In this document: positions 38,651-48,347 of the stretch, piece after piece
Layout of the letters: every line of letters starts with the position of its first letter
Position numbering within the stretch: the first letter of the stretch is position 1
From: a bacterium
GTDB taxonomy: Bacteria > Vulcanimicrobiota > Xenobia > Xenobiales > Xenobiaceae
Direction: 5' to 3'
DNA: 64,000 nt
NCBI GenBank assembly: GCA_017458675.1
Contig: JAFTAM010000016.1
Location: forward strand, 15 to 64,014
Notes under the pieces: model-generated
The model's database searches: none
Told to the model about the DNA's origin: nothing
Seen by the model: the letters and a program-made list of their open reading frames with translations, nothing else
Translations under genes and position numbers: made by a program

Positions 38651-41323
38651 TTATAAATTGCTGCTGCGGTTCTTAAAGAGACGGAAACCTCCCCTGGCGC
38701 TGTCCTGCGAAGTCGTAACCTCCTCGCCGCGGACCTGCTTTTTAACTATCTCCGACCACTCCTTATGCTCGCGCTCATACAGCTGCTGCTGCTCAAAGAG
38801 AGCCTTCTTGAGACGGTCCAGCTCTTCGCGCAGCCCGGAGGTTTCCTGTCTGGCGTCTTCAAGCATGCGGTCTTTGACCTCAGTCTCGGCCTCGAGAGCC
38901 TGCAGCTCGGCCATGAGATCCTCGGGAGCGTCAAAACCTGCAGCGGCGTCTTTATTATCCAGCTCATAGCGCAAAGCTTCGATCTCCTCTCGGAGTTCCT
39001 CATTCTGAGCCGTCAGCTCGTCCAGTTCGCCGCCGACCGGCTCCTCAGCCAACTGACGTTCCGCTTCCTGAAGCTTATCTTTAGCGTCCTGAAGCTCGTT
39101 CTGCAGATTCCGAATCATTTGCTCGGCCGCTTCTATTGCTCCGTCTGAATTCTTAGAGCCGGAATTGCCGAGCTGAGCCGTCAGATCCTCATTCTTAGCC
39201 TGCAGACTGCTTACAAGTCTGAGCAGCTTAGTTTTTTCAGCTTCCATATTGCTGCTGAAGAGAGCGCTCTCAGAACTTATCTGAGCCACTATCTCTCTCT
39301 GCTGCTGAAGCTGATCCTGCAGAGACACGATCTCCTTCTGCGCTTCCTGCAGGGCTTGGTCATTGGCGGAAGCAGAATCGCTCTGCTCTTCCTCCAAAAC
39401 TTTCAAACGGGCGCGGCATTCTTCAAGTTCTTCTTTAAATTGCTCGTTCTCAGCCTCCGCCTTCTCCAAAGCCGCTTCAGCCTCGGCGGCCTTGGCTTCG
39501 TTAGCCTCATTGGCTTCACTGAGCTCAGCCAGCTGATTTTCCAGTTCTTCAGCTTTAGCTAAAGCCTCTTGCTCGCTGCGGGCGGCTTCCTCCACCATGG
39601 ATTCCAACTCGTCCATCTGAGCGCCTGAAGAAGTAGAAGCTGTGCGCACGGCGACAAGCTCCTCCTGAAGGCGCTCAGCCTCAGCCTCTTTTTCACTCTG
39701 CAGCGCCGTCAGAGCCTGCACCTCATCGCTGAGTTCCTGATTGCGATCCTTGATAACCAGATACTGCTCCTGTAATTTGAGATAAGTCTCCTTGGCGGTA
39801 TCTGAAGCTTCCTTCAGCTCGTCATATTCCGCCTTAAGTTTATCATAAGCTTTATCTGAAGATCCCAGCTGGTCAATCTGCTCGCTGAAATTCTTATTCT
39901 CTTCCTTCAGGCGGCCGTTCTCGCTCTGGAGCTTATCAACCATAAGCTGAAGCGTCGAAGTTTCCTCTTCGCAGGCTTCATAACGGCCTTCCAGAGTTTC
40001 TATATATATCTTTAATTCTTCGACATGCTCGACTATCTTCTGAGCAAAATCCTCATTGCTCAGACTGTGCGCGTCAAGAGGCTCGCGCAGAGCTTCCAGA
40101 CGGTCCAGAATGGCTGCGACATTGTTCTTAGCCGCATATTCGGCATGCTCCGCCACAAAGCGCTCATGTTCAATGCGGACGTTATTGTATTTTTGCAGCA
40201 GAAGATCGTATTTTTTCTGAAGCCCGTCTAAATTTGTTTCCAGTTCTTTGAATCTTTCGGCGTTTTCTTCCCCGCCTAAAGAAATTGTATTGACGTCGGA
40301 TCGTATAGCGTCTAAGTCCTTCTGCAGAGTTTCCCGCAGAGTTTCCAGGTCTGTTTTGCTGATCCCGACGGCGGTCTCCTTATCAGGAGCGGCCTCGGCA
40401 GACTCTCTTTTGGCTAAGCTTGCTTCAATAAAATCCCGCAGCGACGCAAGTTCTTCTCTGACTCCGCCATCAGTGCGGACGGCTTCCGCGTCCGTTTTCA
40501 AGGCGTTCAGCTTTTCTTCTATGCGCGAAAGCATCTTATCGGAGCTGTTGGGAGCGGGAATAGGCAGAGAAGCCACGGGAGCTTCCCGCCGCGATTCGTT
40601 CAGCAGCTTAATAACCCGGGCCTGAGCGCGCATAACCGGCTCCATAACCTTATTAAGGGCCTTTTCAAAATCGGACGTATCGCTTTTTCTGTTCTCGCCG
40701 CCCTTGCCCCCATAACCTTTGATACCGACAAAATTGCCGCAGATTTCCGACTTTTCCGCCAGAGGCTTTTCCATCATGCTGAAGCGCTTCTGAAGCTCGT
40801 ATTCATCGGCGTCCATATCGTAAAGCGAGTCATAATCCAAAGAGATATCGGCGTTTCCGCCGTTCTGGCTGACTACGTCAAACTTGGAGCGCACAACGTT
40901 GGGCGTTCTTTCAGGCATAAACTCCTGGGCTTCGGTCCCCTCGTTCACGTTTTCCTCAGCCATGGAGGCGGCTATCGCCTTAGCGCCGGCCTTGGCGGCG
41001 ATATTAGGAGGCGCAAACGCAGGCGTCTCATTCTCATAGCCGAAATTTTCATATCCGTAATAGCTGGCAGGATCCTCGCCCGTCTCGGAAGGAGACCCGC
41101 CCAAATAACCTCCCTGCGCTGCGCCGGACTTAGCGCCGGACCTCCCTTCTTCATGAGGAACGGAATACTTATCCAGCAGCTTCTGCACCTCTGCGCTGCG
41201 CAGAACCATTTCGCCGGCTCTCCTGGAAGCGGTTAATTTCCCCTCCGATATCCATTCTCTGATAGTATCGGCAGATACGGAAATTAAATCGGCAACTTCA
41301 TCAATAGACAAAAACTTAGACAT
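38651..41323 (-). CDS. Large N-terminal HTH (MerR/excisionase-like) + ~600-aa coiled-coil protein
   Basis: HTH LSIDEVADLISVSADTIREWISEGKL; long E/Q/L/A/K-rich heptad region; start chosen at internal Met (six-frame ORF extends to 41401). Confidence 0.6.
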   Translation of the reverse strand: MSKFLSIDEVADLISVSADTIREWISEGKLTASRRAGEMVLRSAEVQKLLDKYSVPHEEGRSGAKSGAAQGGYLGGSPSETGEDPASYYGYENFGYENETPAFAPPNIAAKAGAKAIAASMAEENVNEGTEAQEFMPERTPNVVRSKFDVVSQNGGNADISLDYDSLYDMDADEYELQKRFSMMEKPLAEKSEICGNFVGIKGYGGKGGENRKSDTSDFEKALNKVMEPVMRAQARVIKLLNESRREAPVASLPIPAPNSSDKMLSRIEEKLNALKTDAEAVRTDGGVREELASLRDFIEASLAKRESAEAAPDKETAVGISKTDLETLRETLQKDLDAIRSDVNTISLGGEENAERFKELETNLDGLQKKYDLLLQKYNNVRIEHERFVAEHAEYAAKNNVAAILDRLEALREPLDAHSLSNEDFAQKIVEHVEELKIYIETLEGRYEACEEETSTLQLMVDKLQSENGRLKEENKNFSEQIDQLGSSDKAYDKLKAEYDELKEASDTAKETYLKLQEQYLVIKDRNQELSDEVQALTALQSEKEAEAERLQEELVAVRTASTSSGAQMDELESMVEEAARSEQEALAKAEELENQLAELSEANEANEAKAAEAEAALEKAEAENEQFKEELEECRARLKVLEEEQSDSASANDQALQEAQKEIVSLQDQLQQQREIVAQISSESALFSSNMEAEKTKLLRLVSSLQAKNEDLTAQLGNSGSKNSDGAIEAAEQMIRNLQNELQDAKDKLQEAERQLAEEPVGGELDELTAQNEELREEIEALRYELDNKDAAAGFDAPEDLMAELQALEAETEVKDRMLEDARQETSGLREELDRLKKALFEQQQLYEREHKEWSEIVKKQVRGEEVTTSQDSARGGFRLFKNRSSNL

Positions 41324-41479
41324 GACTTTTTTATTTTCTAGATAAGCTCCTTGTTTCCTATTCGGCAGAGATACAACTCCCCAATTACAATATTGCGTCA
41401 AGCGCCGACTTCAACCAGGAACGAACAAATTCAATTCAGAAATAGCGAAGGAGCAAAGTTCTGCAAATATGATCTGCAA

Positions 41480-42373
41480 ATGAGGTCTTTAAATATGAAT
41501 TTCAAAAAGAGTTATATTTCTTTGTTAACCGCCGCGCTGCTCTTATCCGGCTCCATAGCCTGCGATCGGCAGCCTGCCAGATCGGACGCTCCGAAAAATA
41601 TAGTTTCCAATACCGGCTTCCAATCCGAAGGTCTGGCGGCCGAGCGCTATGAATCGGTTACGGGACTGGCGGTTTACGGCTCCGCCGGGGATATCAAAGT
41701 GCATTTGGCCGCTCTGGCCGAAAAAGCCCCGGATAATATAGACAGATTCTTTCTGCTGCTCAATTCCAAAGCCCCCAACCAGGCTATTTTAGTACAGGCG
41801 CCTGATGTAATTCCGGCTCAGGCGATAGAAAAGCAGATTAGCAGCAAAGTTACCGTAACCGGCAGCGTTAAATCGGTTAACTGTCCGGACTTGGACAGTT
41901 TCATCAGCAAAAACTTCGGCACCGATTTAGCTAAAACCGCCCAAGGCGAGTTAGCCTACATTGCTGCGGAAGCTCCCTTTGACTTTAATCTGGAGCCCGC
42001 TTCGGAAAAGAAGCAGCAGAAGGTAGAGATTTCTCTCGAAGGCACGCCTCTGGGAGCTCCCGCCAAGCCGGAGACAGAATCCGAAAAGCCGCAGCCCCCC
42101 GCCGCTGAAAATGCCGAATCCGACGGTGCGGCCGTTCCTGCGCAGACTCCCGACAAACCGGTTTCCGCCACCGAACAGATAAAAACCATAGAACCTCCGC
42201 CGGTCTCTCAGGGACACACCGTGCAGGCCAAAGCGCTCCCCAAAGCTGACGCAGGCAGCCGCCAGCCGGAAGCGCAGGCTCCGCAGGAAGCGCCTCCCGC
42301 CGAACCTGCGCCCACACCCATAGCTTCGGAAGCGGACCGTCCTTCCGATCTGCCCACTCCCGTACAGTATTAG
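41480..42373 (+). CDS. Secreted/lipoprotein-like protein with Pro/Ala/Glu-rich low-complexity C-terminus
   Basis: Signal peptide MNFKKSYISLLTAALLLSGSIAC; start moved to an internal Met to remove overlap with the divergent upstream gene. Confidence 0.5.
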   Translation: MRSLNMNFKKSYISLLTAALLLSGSIACDRQPARSDAPKNIVSNTGFQSEGLAAERYESVTGLAVYGSAGDIKVHLAALAEKAPDNIDRFFLLLNSKAPNQAILVQAPDVIPAQAIEKQISSKVTVTGSVKSVNCPDLDSFISKNFGTDLAKTAQGELAYIAAEAPFDFNLEPASEKKQQKVEISLEGTPLGAPAKPETESEKPQPPAAENAESDGAAVPAQTPDKPVSATEQIKTIEPPPVSQGHTVQAKALPKADAGSRQPEAQAPQEAPPAEPAPTPIASEADRPSDLPTPVQY

Positions 42374-42424
42374 CGCGCCGATTCCGAAACCGCCGCAATT
42401 TTCACATGACGAAAGAGGATAAAA

Positions 42425-44083
42425 ATGGCACTTCCTAAGATAGATGAATTCAAGGTTAATCTGCAGATTTTTAATACCGAAGCCCTGCATGCGGACTTTG
42501 CTCCCTGGAAGCGCAGCGAACGCGGTCAGCAGGTTTATATAAAGCTGCTTAAAGACGATCAGACCGCCCTGCTTTACGTAGGTGAAAATTGCGTTTTGGA
42601 CGCTCAGATGCAGCAAATTCTTATGCGTCTGGTCAACGACGGCTGGAGCGTAGCCGGCGAAATGACCGTCAGCTTTGACGGCAACAGCGATCCCGGCATC
42701 GATCCTTACGTCTATCAGGACCCCATAGTCGTAGAGCTGGGACGCGGCCTGCTGCCTCTGGTAGACCCCCAGTGCGGAGCTCCCTTAGTGCAGGCGATGC
42801 CCCATCTGCGCGACGAAATTGCCAGAGAATCCGGCTTAGTCCCCGCCGGCATCAGAATCAAAGACAACTTAAAGTTAGATCAGTATCAGTATAAAATTTT
42901 GCTGAAAAACTCTCCCCTGACCGACGGAGAAATATTCCTGGACCGCTTTTTGGCCATAGGCTCCTTTGACCAGCTTTCTTCCCTTGAAGGCTGGAGCGCC
43001 GTCGAGCCCACCTATCGCATGAAAGCCAAATGGATTCTGGAGAATCAGAGAGAAAAGGCAGAGAAGCTCGGCTGCGTCCTGGTAGGCCCCCTCCAGGTGC
43101 TGCTGACCCATATCAAGGGGCTGATGCTGGAATCTGCGCCCGAGCTGCTCGGTCTGCAGGATACCTTCAACCTTATCTCCCGCCTGCAGATAACTCATCC
43201 GGTCGTAGTCGAAGAATTTATCACCAATTACAAAAATCTGCGGGCTCTGCGCAAGATCCTCCAGAACCTGCTGAGGGAGCGCGTAGCTCTCAGCAATCTG
43301 GTGACTATTCTGGAAACCGTAGGCGACAATCTTGACAATATTCAGGAGACGGAAATCGTGGTTGAGGCCTGCCGCCAGGCCCTGGCCAGACAGATCTGCA
43401 GCGCCAACCTCAATCAGAACAACGAATTGCTGGCCATCATCACCGGTCCGGAAATCGAGGGTTTAATTGCCGAGCTGAAGGAAATGAATTACATCAACCC
43501 CATCGGCAGCACCGACTTTGAAGAAAAAGCCGACATTGTGGCCTACGCTCTGAAATCAGGTTTGGAGGAAGCCGGAAATCCGCCCGTAGTCGTAACCGAC
43601 GGCAGACTGCGCAACTTCCTCTCCCGCCTCATCGCTTCCGACCTTCCCGGCTTATGCGTTCTCTCCACTCAGGAAGTGACTCTGGGCCACGTTAAATTGA
43701 TCGTCAACGGCGTAGCCGATCTCAAGGACAATAAAATTCAGAGCGAGCCTCAAAGCTTCGAGGGAGACGAAGTCGAAAGCGTCGACAGCGAATTTATCGA
43801 CGAAAACGGCGAAGAGGCTGCCTCCGAATTGATACCCGAAGCCGACGAAGAGCAGGTTGAAGAGATAAAAGAGGAAGAGCTTAACAGCATACCGGAGGAC
43901 CTGAGCTCAGAAAGCGGCGACGATCCCAAAGTCCCGGAAGCGGACAAAACCGCCGAACTGGAACAGGCAGAAGCTGAAAAAGAGAGTCAGCCAGCCGATA
44001 CGGAAGAACAGGAAGCCAAAGACGCTCCCGAAGATAAAAGCGCCATAAAGGTGGATAATATTCTGAGCTTCCTCAAAAAATAG
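42425..44083 (+). CDS. Standalone FlhA/SctV (FHIPEP) cytoplasmic-domain homologue lacking the transmembrane export-gate domain; acidic C-terminal tail
   Basis: Collinear match to the FlhA linker + cytoplasmic domain: DPIVVELGRGLLPLVD...LRDEIARESGLVPAGIRIKDNLKLDQYQYKILLKN (cf. FlhA DPLELEVGYRLIPMVD...IRDNMDLQPARYRILMKG); ILQNLLRERVALSNLVTILETV (cf. VLQNLLDEKVPIRDMRTILETL); PPVVVTDGRLRNFLSRLI...LCVLSTQEV (cf. PVLLVNHALRPLLSRFL...VVLSNLEL). No TM helices in the ORF; AAGAGGA RBS. Confidence 0.75.
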   Translation: MALPKIDEFKVNLQIFNTEALHADFAPWKRSERGQQVYIKLLKDDQTALLYVGENCVLDAQMQQILMRLVNDGWSVAGEMTVSFDGNSDPGIDPYVYQDPIVVELGRGLLPLVDPQCGAPLVQAMPHLRDEIARESGLVPAGIRIKDNLKLDQYQYKILLKNSPLTDGEIFLDRFLAIGSFDQLSSLEGWSAVEPTYRMKAKWILENQREKAEKLGCVLVGPLQVLLTHIKGLMLESAPELLGLQDTFNLISRLQITHPVVVEEFITNYKNLRALRKILQNLLRERVALSNLVTILETVGDNLDNIQETEIVVEACRQALARQICSANLNQNNELLAIITGPEIEGLIAELKEMNYINPIGSTDFEEKADIVAYALKSGLEEAGNPPVVVTDGRLRNFLSRLIASDLPGLCVLSTQEVTLGHVKLIVNGVADLKDNKIQSEPQSFEGDEVESVDSEFIDENGEEAASELIPEADEEQVEEIKEEELNSIPEDLSSESGDDPKVPEADKTAELEQAEAEKESQPADTEEQEAKDAPEDKSAIKVDNILSFLKK

Positions 44084-44085
44084 CG

Positions 44086-45213
44086 ATGAAGAAGAGCGCC
44101 GTCTATATTCTGCTTAACCTGCTGGCCTGTTTTGCCGCCGCTTTTGCTCTGTCGACCTGGACTCTGCCCGATCTGGGCGATTCAAACCTGCTGCCGGTTC
44201 TGATGTCCTTCTGCGGTTTGGCTCTACCTCTGCCGTTGGGCGTTCTGGCCGATAAATTCGATCACAACGCCGCCGTAACCGCCGCAGGCTGTCTGGTCAT
44301 ATCCCTGGCCTTTGCCTTTGACGGCATGTCCATTCCGGTCGCCGCGCTCAGCGGGCTGGGGATAGCCCTGCTGCAGGCGGGAACGGCGGCGGAGATTTTA
44401 GGCGTCTGGCCGGAGCGGATAACGCCGGTGGGACTTTTCATGGGAGGCAGCCTTTTAGGTTTTGCTTTGGGTATGTACGCAGGCGGCCCAGCTAAAGAGA
44501 TATCCTACGCGGCGCCTCTGTTTTCGCTCTTTTTGTTTACCGTTTTGTTTGTAATTTTCAATTACAAAACCAATCCCCAGTTTGTTTCGGAAAATCCTGA
44601 TTTTAAATTAACTAAAATTCCCAAAAAGGCTTTTATCGCACTGATTTTGATATCAGCCGCAGCCGCTCTGCATCTGTATGTAAAAATAACCACCTCGGAG
44701 GCTCTGTGGCTTAACAGCTACAGGCTTTATGCCGCCTTTGCCGGCGCCTTCGGCCTGGCCCTGGGCGCCTTTCTGGCCGATCGCTTCGGATTGATGAAGA
44801 CGACGCTTTTCAGCACCCTGTCAGCCGCTCTGCTGTTCATGTTCTTCGATAAACCGCTCTGCGGCCTGCTGGCTCTGCTGGCTTTCCACTGCACAGTTCC
44901 TGTTTTAGTGTGGGTCTGCGGAAAACTTTGGAAAGATAAAAGAGCGGCCTCCTTCGGAGTATTCTCCCTGGGCGCTTTTTTCGGAGCCCTTCCTCTCTGC
45001 TTCGGCTGGCGGCCCTTGACTTCGCATACCGTGTGCGCCGCTGTCTTTTTAGGCTGCGCTTACGCCGCTCTGCGGCTGGCATACGATATGCTTCATCCCA
45101 TCGATCAGACCTCGCCCAAGGCCATGCAGACCGCCATAATCGAACGTCATAACCCCTTAAAAGTCGCCGCCAAAGAAAAAGAGCCGCTCCCGCCGGAGCA
45201 GCCCGAATCATAA
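44086..45213 (+). CDS. MFS-type membrane transporter (12 TM)
   Basis: MFS motif-A-like GVLADKFD and LGAFLADRFG in each half; highly hydrophobic; starts 3 nt after the FlhA-C-like stop. Confidence 0.65.
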   Translation: MKKSAVYILLNLLACFAAAFALSTWTLPDLGDSNLLPVLMSFCGLALPLPLGVLADKFDHNAAVTAAGCLVISLAFAFDGMSIPVAALSGLGIALLQAGTAAEILGVWPERITPVGLFMGGSLLGFALGMYAGGPAKEISYAAPLFSLFLFTVLFVIFNYKTNPQFVSENPDFKLTKIPKKAFIALILISAAAALHLYVKITTSEALWLNSYRLYAAFAGAFGLALGAFLADRFGLMKTTLFSTLSAALLFMFFDKPLCGLLALLAFHCTVPVLVWVCGKLWKDKRAASFGVFSLGAFFGALPLCFGWRPLTSHTVCAAVFLGCAYAALRLAYDMLHPIDQTSPKAMQTAIIERHNPLKVAAKEKEPLPPEQPES

Positions 45214-45251
45214 TATTTATTTACCGCCTGATTATCACTCAGCGGAACCGT

Positions 45252-46496
45252 CTATAAGTCCAGAGGGCAGCCCATTGCTCCCTCCTTGTAGACGGGCGCC
45301 TGAAGCTGCTTATGCTCGGCGTGATCGCCCATCCATTTAATTTCAATAACCTCGGCGTTTTTTACCGCTTGAGCCTCCAGTTCCTCAAGCTCCATGGCGC
45401 TCTCCAGATCCAGAACATCCTTGAGACGGGCTTTGGTGCAGGGATGCTTGGCCAGCATCAAGGAACAGCAGTCTTCGTAGGGACGGGCGGAAAGCTCATA
45501 AGCACCGATCTCGCGGGATAATTTAATTATATCGTCTTTGTCGGTTCCGACTAAAGGACGCAGCATTGGCAGCTCGGCGGCTTCATCTATTACCCGCATA
45601 TTGGGCAGCGTCTGCGAAGCCACCTGTCCCAGGCTTTCGCCGGTAACCAAAGCTAAAGCGCCTTCGCGCTCAGCCACCTTGGAGGCTATGCGCACCATAG
45701 AGCGGCGGTAGAGGATCATGCGCATATCGGCAGGAGTCATGCTCAGAAGCTCCTCCTGCACCGGCGCGAAGCTGACCAGATACAGCTTGGTCTTATACTG
45801 GTAACGGGTGAGCAGATCCGCCAGAAGCGTGCAGTTTTCCAGACTGGCTTTATTGGTAAAGGGATAGGAATGAAAGTGGCACATAATGACGTCGGCGCCG
45901 CGCTTCATCAGCTGCCAGCAGGCTATGGGCGAATCGAAGCCGGAACTAAGCATACCGACGACCTTTCCGGCCGTACCGCTGGGGAGTCCACCCGGTCCCT
46001 GACGGCGCTCGCCGGAAATAAGAGCCAGCTTTCCCACAAGCTCCAGACGCACGGTAATATCCGGATTAGTTAAGTCTACCTTAATATCGCGTCCGGAAGA
46101 GAGACATTTATCAAATATATAGCCGCCTATCTCTCTTTCTATTTCTCCCGAGCGCATGGGGAAACTCTTATCGGCGCGGCGGCAGCGCACGGCAAAGGTG
46201 CGCCCCTGAGTCTCCTGAAAACATTTCCAGGCAGTCTCTTTCATTGTCTCAAAATCCTGGGGAACCTCGTAAGCGACGGCGTAGTTGGCAACTCCGAAGA
46301 CGCCGCGCATGCGCCGATGCACCTCTTCAATATTATCCGTATCCAGCTCAAAGGTCACGCGTCCAAAGAGTGAACGGGCGGAAATTTTGCCGAAATCCTG
46401 AAAAGCGCGGCGCAGGTTTCTGATAAGCTGCTTGACAAAGAGATTGCGGTTATTGCCCTTTAGGGCTATTTCATGATAATGAACAACTATCTGCAT
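45252..46496 (-). CDS. thiI: tRNA 4-thiouridine(8) synthase (THUMP + PP-loop)
   Basis: N-terminal MQIVVHYHEIALKGNNRNLF (ThiI/THUMP); PP-loop LSSGFDSPIA. Confidence 0.9.
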   Translation of the reverse strand: MQIVVHYHEIALKGNNRNLFVKQLIRNLRRAFQDFGKISARSLFGRVTFELDTDNIEEVHRRMRGVFGVANYAVAYEVPQDFETMKETAWKCFQETQGRTFAVRCRRADKSFPMRSGEIEREIGGYIFDKCLSSGRDIKVDLTNPDITVRLELVGKLALISGERRQGPGGLPSGTAGKVVGMLSSGFDSPIACWQLMKRGADVIMCHFHSYPFTNKASLENCTLLADLLTRYQYKTKLYLVSFAPVQEELLSMTPADMRMILYRRSMVRIASKVAEREGALALVTGESLGQVASQTLPNMRVIDEAAELPMLRPLVGTDKDDIIKLSREIGAYELSARPYEDCCSLMLAKHPCTKARLKDVLDLESAMELEELEAQAVKNAEVIEIKWMGDHAEHKQLQAPVYKEGAMGCPLDL

Positions 46497-46560
46497 AACA
46501 ATTAATCCTCAATTTTCAGCCGACATAATCTGGAGAAGCGGACGGTCTCTCAGCTCGCTC

Positions 46561-47130
46561 TCACTCGCCGGCAGCCTCGACGGTCAGACCTTGGCTCTTA
46601 AGCAGCGCGCAGGCTACGCCGTCGGCAGTCAGGCGCGTTCCCTGAACGCCGCCCGTACTGCCGCAGCCGCAGGAGGGACTGTGCTGCTTCAAAACGGCCC
46701 GGCAAACTTTAAACCGTTCAGCTGTACGGTAAGCTATCTCTGCTCCTTTAATAAAATAAAACGAAACATCCTCGCCTTGTCGGTTAATCACTCTGCCGCA
46801 TCCATCCAGGACCGCCTGTCCGCTCTCGGTAACCCCGGAGGGCGTTCTGGGTGTGGGAAGGCCGCCCTGTACTTCGGGACAGACCGGGATCAGCTCCCCC
46901 GCATTAAAGCGTCCGCATAAGCTCAAGTCCGGCTTTGATTTGCCGTCATAGCGGCAGGGAACGCCCAGCAGACAGGCTGAAACCAGCGCCTGCGGCTGCG
47001 CGGATTTTTCCAATTCGGCATAGATATCTTCAAAAAGAAGCTTAAGCCGCCGCGAACGCTCCATAGGATCCGGCTCACGGGCGGCTTCTTCAGAGCGTCG
47101 GCGCAAAAACTCGCTCAATTTATCTGACAT
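46561..47130 (-). CDS. DUF523 / TudS-like [4Fe-4S] thiouracil desulfidase family protein
   Basis: Family hallmark ACLLGVPCRYDG plus downstream Cys residues (VCPEVQGG, SPSCGCG). Confidence 0.7.
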   Translation of the reverse strand: MSDKLSEFLRRRSEEAAREPDPMERSRRLKLLFEDIYAELEKSAQPQALVSACLLGVPCRYDGKSKPDLSLCGRFNAGELIPVCPEVQGGLPTPRTPSGVTESGQAVLDGCGRVINRQGEDVSFYFIKGAEIAYRTAERFKVCRAVLKQHSPSCGCGSTGGVQGTRLTADGVACALLKSQGLTVEAAGE

Positions 47131-47135
47131 GCTCT

Positions 47136-48347
47136 TTATATCCTGCGCCTCACCAGTTGGCAGCTCGGCCCCTGACTGGCATAAATATATACATAATCAT
47201 TCAGAACGGCTATGCTGAAACCGGTGCAGCCGATGAGGGGCTTGAGCTTCATAGCCGCTTCAGGCTCGGAAAAGCGTCCGTCCTTCAACGCTGAATAATA
47301 AATTGTCTGACCGTCCTTGCTGAGAGAAGCCACATAAAGGCTGCCGTCCTTATCCTGGCAGGAGCTCAGACTCGCCCCCAAGGGCGCCTCGCCCTTGGCC
47401 GGAGGCGCCGCTTCTACATTCTGCCAGCCGCCGTCCTTCCAAAGACGTACCTGACGGCGGGCGTTCTCGCCCTTGCGCAGGCGGGGCAGATCGTAAACCA
47501 AAAGGGCGTGTCTGCCGCTGCCGTTGTTGCTTACGGAAAAATTGAGGCCGAACTTGCCGGAAGCCACTTTAACAGGTTCCTCATTGGTCCCAATAAGCGG
47601 CTTTATATAAGAGCTGAGCAGACCGCTGCCGTCGTTCCAAACACAGACAAAGCCGCCGTTTTCCTCTCCGCCCATCTCGATGCGTTCTCCGCCGGCGGCA
47701 TAGCGTCCCAGATTGTTGGCTCTGGGGCGATCTGCTCTCAAGGTGGGGTCGAAAAGAGCCGCCTTCACCTTGAAGCCCTCCGCCAGCCAGCCGAAGCAGA
47801 GAGCCGGCTTTCTTCCGGAGACTCCGGCTATATTGACCGCGGTTTCGGAAACGCTGTCGGAGACAAAGCTGTCGCAGACGGCCGGCTTGCTGAAGCTCCA
47901 GCCGCTGTCGCCGGAATAAGCGTACATGACTTCAAAGGCGTTAGGCCCCTGATCGACAATATTGTGCTGAAAAATAATGCCGACCGTCTTTTTGGCCAAA
48001 GCGCAGGATACTTTGCGCACGCCCGGCATGTTGTAGCCAAAGAAGGGAGACTTGACGTCGGTCCACTTTTTTCCGTCGTCGGAAACCGAGAAAGCAAATT
48101 CCGGAGCCTTTATCTTATTGTTGGGATTGCTGCAGCCGAAAAATACCTGCAGCTTGTTGAGATTCATCAAATGGGGATCGACCACCAGGCCGCCGGAGGT
48201 ATCGGGAACGCCCATGCTCTCCCATTTGGGAGCTTCGGCCCAGGCTGCGTTTTCAGCCTTAAAGGCAAAATGCAGCACGCCGCCCAGCAGCGTCAAAGCG
48301 GCCGCTCCCAACGCGGCCTTTTTTCTTAAACCGTTTAATATACCCAT
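47136..48347 (-). CDS. Secreted BNR-repeat / sialidase-like beta-propeller protein
   Basis: Signal peptide; BNR (SxDxGxxW) motifs SVSDDGKKWT and YSGDSGWSF. Confidence 0.65.
   Translation of the reverse strand: MGILNGLRKKAALGAAALTLLGGVLHFAFKAENAAWAEAPKWESMGVPDTSGGLVVDPHLMNLNKLQVFFGCSNPNNKIKAPEFAFSVSDDGKKWTDVKSPFFGYNMPGVRKVSCALAKKTVGIIFQHNIVDQGPNAFEVMYAYSGDSGWSFSKPAVCDSFVSDSVSETAVNIAGVSGRKPALCFGWLAEGFKVKAALFDPTLRADRPRANNLGRYAAGGERIEMGGEENGGFVCVWNDGSGLLSSYIKPLIGTNEEPVKVASGKFGLNFSVSNNGSGRHALLVYDLPRLRKGENARRQVRLWKDGGWQNVEAAPPAKGEAPLGASLSSCQDKDGSLYVASLSKDGQTIYYSALKDGRFSEPEAAMKLKPLIGCTGFSIAVLNDYVYIYASQGPSCQLVRRRI

Noticed and set aside
41351-41479. Long N-terminal extension of ORF 41351-42373 overlapping the divergent coiled-coil gene
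   Set aside because: The extension has no signal peptide and overlaps the neighbour's start region; internal Met at 41480/41495 gives a proper signal peptide.
41480-42373. Possibility that the lipoprotein-like gene upstream of the FlhA-C-like ORF is the missing FlhA membrane domain (frameshifted)
   Set aside because: Its sequence is a signal peptide plus Pro/Ala/Glu-rich low complexity, with no FHIPEP transmembrane signature.
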